In this document: positions 25,638-30,161 of the stretch, in pieces
How positions within the stretch are numbered: the stretch's first letter is position 1
Layout: every line of letters starts with the position of its first letter
NCBI GenBank assembly: GCA_043798915.1
Contig: JAZDOG010000005.1
Coordinates: 1-30,161 of the forward strand
Origin: Pseudomonadota bacterium
GTDB taxonomy: Bacteria; UBA10199; 2-02-FULL-44-16; JAAZCA01
Length of the DNA stretch: 30,161 nucleotides
Reading direction: 5' to 3'
The notes under the pieces: model-generated
Seen by the model: the letters and a program-made list of their open reading frames with translations, nothing else
Database searches by the model: none
Told to the model about the DNA's origin: nothing
Translations under genes and position numbers: made by a program

Positions 25638-26360
25638 TTACAGAGGCAGGTCGCCAATTAACCTGTGCGTCGGAATCGCCCCGACGAGGGTTTCGAAAAA
25701 GCGGGGGACCCTGGCGTGGAAGTTGAAGGTTCTTCCGTTGACGGGATGGCGGAAGGAGATCGAAAGGGCATGCAGCGCCAGCTGCCGGTGGCGCGCGTCC
25801 TTGCCTCCGTATTTCCGATCCCCCACCACCGGGTGTCCCCGCCCGGCCAGGTGCACCCGGATCTGATGCTTGCGGCCGGTCAGGAGATCGATCTCCAGGA
25901 GGCTGTATTCCCCGGTCTCCTTGAGGACCCTGTAGACGGTGTGGGCCAGCTTCCCTTTGGCGGTATCCGGCGTGGAATAGACGACGTGGGCGCTGTTTTC
26001 CACAAGATACGTGGAGATGGTCTCCTGCGGTTTTGGCATCTTCCCGTGGACAATTGTCAGGTACTTTTTGCGCGTTTCCTCCCAATTATCCTGCAGCGCG
26101 GCCCGCGCTTCGGCCGTCTTGGCAAAGATGAGGATGCCGGAGGTGTCCTGATCGAGTCGATGGACGATGAAGACGTGGTCCCTCGACCGGACGTTTCCCT
26201 TGCGGAGGTAATCGGTGAGGATGAAGTACGCCGTTCGCTGCTTCTCCTTCTCCGTGCCGATCGTCAACAGGCCCGCGGGTTTGTTGACGATGATGATGGC
26301 CCGATCCTCGTGAAGGATCTCCAGACCCTGCAAATGGTGTCGATTTGTTTTTGGATGCAT
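25638..26360 (-). CDS. RluA-family pseudouridine synthase
   Basis: VNKPAGLL, VHRLDQDTSG, TGRKHQIRVH, GDRKYG, LALHA. Confidence 0.93.
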   Translation of the reverse strand: MHPKTNRHHLQGLEILHEDRAIIIVNKPAGLLTIGTEKEKQRTAYFILTDYLRKGNVRSRDHVFIVHRLDQDTSGILIFAKTAEARAALQDNWEETRKKYLTIVHGKMPKPQETISTYLVENSAHVVYSTPDTAKGKLAHTVYRVLKETGEYSLLEIDLLTGRKHQIRVHLAGRGHPVVGDRKYGGKDARHRQLALHALSISFRHPVNGRTFNFHARVPRFFETLVGAIPTHRLIGDLPL

Positions 26361-26414
26361 TCTGGGCAGTATTTTTCCTACTACACGAATGCTATTGGAC
26401 CGTAAAATAAAATA

Positions 26415-26792
26415 TCATTGATTTAGCGAGGTTCGACGATTTGCTCCGTGATCGGGTGTTCCCGGTTGACGAGGCAAAAGTGCCACAGGCTGTGGCACAA
26501 TTGAGTCGGAGTCGAGGTATTCCCGGAAAAAAGCAATCATCCGTTTCAGATTCCGCTCCGAAAAGCCCTTCTCTTCAGGGAATTCATTATGCAGATCGCG
26601 GGCGAGACGAGGAATCACGGCCGCTCCCCAACCCTCAACGGACTGGCGTTCATGAAGCAGGCGGCCGATGCCCCAATAGAGCACGATCATCTCTTTGTTT
26701 GCCGCAAACACTGCCCTCTGTTGGGCCGAGCGAATGCGCTCTTTGATTTCGCCGAGGAGCGACGCATACGCAGCAGGAATGATTCTCTTCAT
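26415..26792 (-). pseudogene. Truncated DUF1016/YhcG N-terminal domain
   Basis: IKERIRSAQQRA..NKEMIVLYWGIG..GWGAAVIPRLARDL..GFSERNLKRM; family-like sequence ends just after IVPQPVALLP; nuclease domain absent. Confidence 0.8.
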
Positions 26793-26804
26793 GCCCCATA
26801 ACGT

Positions 26805-27060
26805 AGCAAGAGACGTGCCAAAGCCATTTAAGGCGAGATCATTTGGAGTGCTATGAAAATATAGCGTTTTTTCAGAAGATGGACGTGATAACTTTTTGAA
26901 GGGGTGCTGCGTTTCGATGCAGACTGCATCGAAAATGGGCAGTTCGCTTCGGGAGGGCCGTTTTTTGTGGGGCTGGGAAAAGCTTGCAAACCGGCTCAAA
27001 GCGAGGCGTTGCACTACCGCCCCCGGCGGCGCATAAATTGTGAAATTTTTGAGGCGCGGG
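26805..27060. promoter_or_regulatory. Diverged copy of the sigma-54 + tandem box + D module
   Basis: TTGGCACGTCTCTTGCT (26805-26821, minus); TGCTGCGTTTCGATGCA (26905-26921); TGCATCGAAAATGGGCA (26925-26941); D-like TTGCAC..ATAAATTGTGAAATTTTTGAGG (~27009-27054). Confidence 0.7.
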
Positions 27061-27523
27061 GTTGGCTTTTATTTATCAGATTTCGGCTTTGTTAGGCCAG
27101 GCAGTTGCAAGATGAGAATCGTCCCCCTTTTCATCGATCAAATGCTCGATCCATTCTGTGTCCCCAAAACTCCCCTGCCGTCCCCCGTGCTTGAGCATTT
27201 TCCATCCCCCGCTGCTTTCATCATGTATCAGACGATCACCTTCTAATATGCATCAATACTACATCTCCACCTGTTTCACGAGCTAAAATATGCGTCAAAC
27301 ATTACACGAAAAAAATCAACAGCTTCTCATCGGTGTCATTATTTTGACGTATAGTTGGTTTTTGTTCAAATTGAGAAACACGTCATCTACGTAATCACCT
27401 AAAATGTATCGTATTTTTCAAAGGATGGACTGGCATCATTTTTGCACATTTTTGACTTCGTAGATTGAATGCTCGTTCTATGAGGAATTTTTACTACTGA
27501 GTTTTATATTGCAGGCACGAAAA

Positions 27524-30046
27524 ATGAGAGCAACACCTATAAAACATATTCAATATGCGATACCACCGGAAGCAAACACGCCTATGTACGTCTGGCATAA
27601 ATTCTTTGGTAGAAAGCCATGGAATATTGTCTCTAATTATATCGAACATTACTGTCCACAAAATGGCATCGTTATTGACCCATTCGCAGGCAGCGGTGTA
27701 ACCGTGATGGAGGCCCTGAAACTTGGACGAAAAGTAATTGCCATAGATATAAATCCAGTGGCAACTGCCATAATAAAAGCGACAATAGAACCGATTGCAA
27801 TTCAAAGAATTATAACAGGATTCAAGGCCGTCGAAAATAAAGTAAAAACTAAAATACTACAACATTATACAAGTCGTTGCCGAAAATGCGGTAAGCCCAT
27901 CCATATTACCGCAGCTGTTTATAAGCGTGTTAGGAATTCTTTGCTACTTGAAGATGTGCGGTATCAATGCCCAACATGCGGTCATAAAGCCCCTAAGAAT
28001 ACTTTACCAACCCGAGAAGACAAAAAGTTGGTGGCTGGTATACCAGCAATACTTGCATCGTCAGGATATTGGTATCCCGACAATAAACTTTATTATAATG
28101 GACGACCTTTTAAAGAGAAACAACAATACGAAAGCATAGATGAACTTTTTACACCACGGAACCTTTTGTGCCTCGCAATACTTATGGATGCAATAGAAGA
28201 TGAAGTAGATCCAAAAGTGAGATTTTTTCTCAAGATGGCGTTTTCCTCCATGGTGCATCTTTGCTCGACCATGATGCCTGTGCGCGAAACAAGGGATCTA
28301 TCCGGATGTTGGACACTGCATAGCTATTGGTATGCTAATAGATTTTTAGAACAGAATGTATGGAAAAAGTTTGAAAGCTCTGTGATGGGCAGGCAGGGTT
28401 TGGTCAAGGCTAAAGAGGAATCTAATCGATATTTTGAACATGTCCGCATAGCCAAAACAATTCATGACATATTCAGAGGTAAAGCAGACGTATTTATTGC
28501 AACAGATTCTGCACAAGGAATTCTAACGCTCCTTCAGCACAACGGACATCGTGTTCACTACTGTTTTACTGACCCCCCATATAATGCGTCCATTCAATAT
28601 GGAGAATTATGCTACATGTGGGCTTCTTGGCTTAAGATGGATGAAAATTACCTAAAAACGATGGTCGACAATGAAATAATTGAAAACTCATGTCAGAAAA
28701 AAGACTGTCAGACTTATCATGCAATGCTTCGAAGTTCTTTGACTGGTATTTACACTGTTTTGCAACCAGGCGCATTCTGTCATCTCACTTTTCACAATCC
28801 GCAGAACAAATACAGAAACATGTTATTAAACTCGGCAATGTACGCGGGCTTTGAGTTTGAAGAAGTACATCATCAGGAGGGTGCAAGGCAGTCAGCGAAA
28901 TCCTTGTTGCAGCCGTTTGGCTCTGTAACCGGTGATCTTTATTTCAGATTTCTCAGGAACATACATTCTAGCATTATAGATAATGAGGAATTGTCTGAAC
29001 AGCGGTTCGAGACAATCGTCATTCAAACAGCGCTAAAAGTTATAATCGCGAGGGGGGAACCTACGCCCTATACTTCGATTATTGAAGAAATGGATAAGGA
29101 ACTGTACAAAGAAGGTTTCTATACAGAAACATGCACGAAATTCGATGTTCAGGATGTTCTGAAAAAAGCTCTTGGTAAGTATTTAACTCTTGTAAATGCG
29201 AAGATCGGAAAAACGTTCGGAAAACTCTGGTGGCTTGCACGGAGTTCCGATTTGAGGAAAGTAAAAATTCCACTGGATGAGCGAGTGGAGGCAGTGATCG
29301 TTGATTTATTAAAACAGCATTACGAGGTGTCTTTTACTGAAGTATGGGAAAAAATTGCAACATCATTTCCTAATTCTTTAACTCCAGATACATCAAATAT
29401 ACGAAGAACCCTTGAGGAATATGCTGTACAGACTACAGCTGGAAAGTGGAGAATTAAGCCAGTTGTAAGGGAGTATGTTTCTCAACACTCAAAGATGATA
29501 TCCATGCTAGCCCAGATCGGCCGCCATCGAGGCTATAAAATTCATATTGGAATGAAAGAACAGCAAGATATTTTAAACCTAGGAGGAAGAACAACACGAT
29601 TGAGAGAACTATGCACAGAAATAAAACCAAAATTTAAAGATATATCCGACAACGCTTTAAAACATATAAACAATATTGATGTTTACTGGTATAAAAATAA
29701 CAAAATATATTATTGTTTTGAAGTCGAAAATACGACGTCAATAACAAGTGCGTTGGAGAGAGTGTCCGCTATACCATATGACACCGAAAATTTTATGGTG
29801 CTTCCAGAAGAAAGAAGAGCTAAAATTAAAGTTAAGCTTGGAATCCCGGTGTTTGCAGATGCATTTAAGAAGCATAGATGGGAAATCATTTATTACAACG
29901 GACTAATGCAAAACTATCGGGGCCTAATGAAGGACAAACGCTCGCTAGGTTCTATTATCGTCAAGTCAAGAAAGTTAGGCAGTCGCCGTTCTGCTAGATA
30001 TGAGAAACATAATGCCTATAAACACCTTATCAAGCCTATACATTGA
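27524..30046 (+). CDS. Amino (N6A/N4C) DNA methyltransferase with Zn-ribbon, fused to a putative C-terminal PD-(D/E)XK nuclease
   Basis: DPFAGSGVT (motif I), CRKC..CPTC, FTDPPY (motif IV), C-terminal IDVYW..FEVENTTSITSALER; visibly AT-rich; start uncertain (27509 TTG or 27524 ATG). Confidence 0.85.
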   Translation: MRATPIKHIQYAIPPEANTPMYVWHKFFGRKPWNIVSNYIEHYCPQNGIVIDPFAGSGVTVMEALKLGRKVIAIDINPVATAIIKATIEPIAIQRIITGFKAVENKVKTKILQHYTSRCRKCGKPIHITAAVYKRVRNSLLLEDVRYQCPTCGHKAPKNTLPTREDKKLVAGIPAILASSGYWYPDNKLYYNGRPFKEKQQYESIDELFTPRNLLCLAILMDAIEDEVDPKVRFFLKMAFSSMVHLCSTMMPVRETRDLSGCWTLHSYWYANRFLEQNVWKKFESSVMGRQGLVKAKEESNRYFEHVRIAKTIHDIFRGKADVFIATDSAQGILTLLQHNGHRVHYCFTDPPYNASIQYGELCYMWASWLKMDENYLKTMVDNEIIENSCQKKDCQTYHAMLRSSLTGIYTVLQPGAFCHLTFHNPQNKYRNMLLNSAMYAGFEFEEVHHQEGARQSAKSLLQPFGSVTGDLYFRFLRNIHSSIIDNEELSEQRFETIVIQTALKVIIARGEPTPYTSIIEEMDKELYKEGFYTETCTKFDVQDVLKKALGKYLTLVNAKIGKTFGKLWWLARSSDLRKVKIPLDERVEAVIVDLLKQHYEVSFTEVWEKIATSFPNSLTPDTSNIRRTLEEYAVQTTAGKWRIKPVVREYVSQHSKMISMLAQIGRHRGYKIHIGMKEQQDILNLGGRTTRLRELCTEIKPKFKDISDNALKHINNIDVYWYKNNKIYYCFEVENTTSITSALERVSAIPYDTENFMVLPEERRAKIKVKLGIPVFADAFKKHRWEIIYYNGLMQNYRGLMKDKRSLGSIIVKSRKLGSRRSARYEKHNAYKHLIKPIH

Positions 30047-30161
30047 AAAAAGCAATCGTGAAAAATACTCATAATTCCGGGGACACTTATTTCACGAATT
30101 GAGTCTCGCGTCCTTTGAAAATCCCCCAAAAATCCAGCGTGTGCAATTTTTCGCAGGGGAG

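Overview
GC-rich bacterial (probably deltaproteobacteria-like) chromosomal window with two parts. Positions ~1-12.9 kb are housekeeping: purD, purE, tsaC/sua5, a tRNA methyltransferase, DciA/DUF721, dksA, a glnE-like gene and addA/addB-like genes. Positions ~12.9-30.1 kb are an accessory defence/toxin island: hicAB, an AlbA_2(Schlafen)-ATP-binding protein, a frameshifted P-loop ATPase, RhuM-Fic/Doc, Fic, an excisionase-like HTH, a GmrSD-like DUF262-HNH protein, DUF2779, SPFH, RluA, several gene remnants and an AT-rich methyltransferase-nuclease fusion. The most striking feature is a composite non-coding module repeated between unrelated cargo genes. Its parts are: (A) a 27-bp quasi-palindrome plus a minus-strand sigma-54 -24/-12 motif; (B) two tandem 17-bp NtrC-type boxes ~85 bp upstream of it; (C) a multi-hairpin ~200-bp repeat with an invariant 33-bp core and an 18-bp palindromic operator; (D) a plus-strand sigma-70-like promoter. 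It resembles a cassette array with a portable bidirectional expression platform, yet no integrase or attC sites are visible. Perfect DNA palindromes also lie inside the ORF6N, RhuM and DUF1016 coding sequences. All family calls come from motif recognition; no database searches were run.
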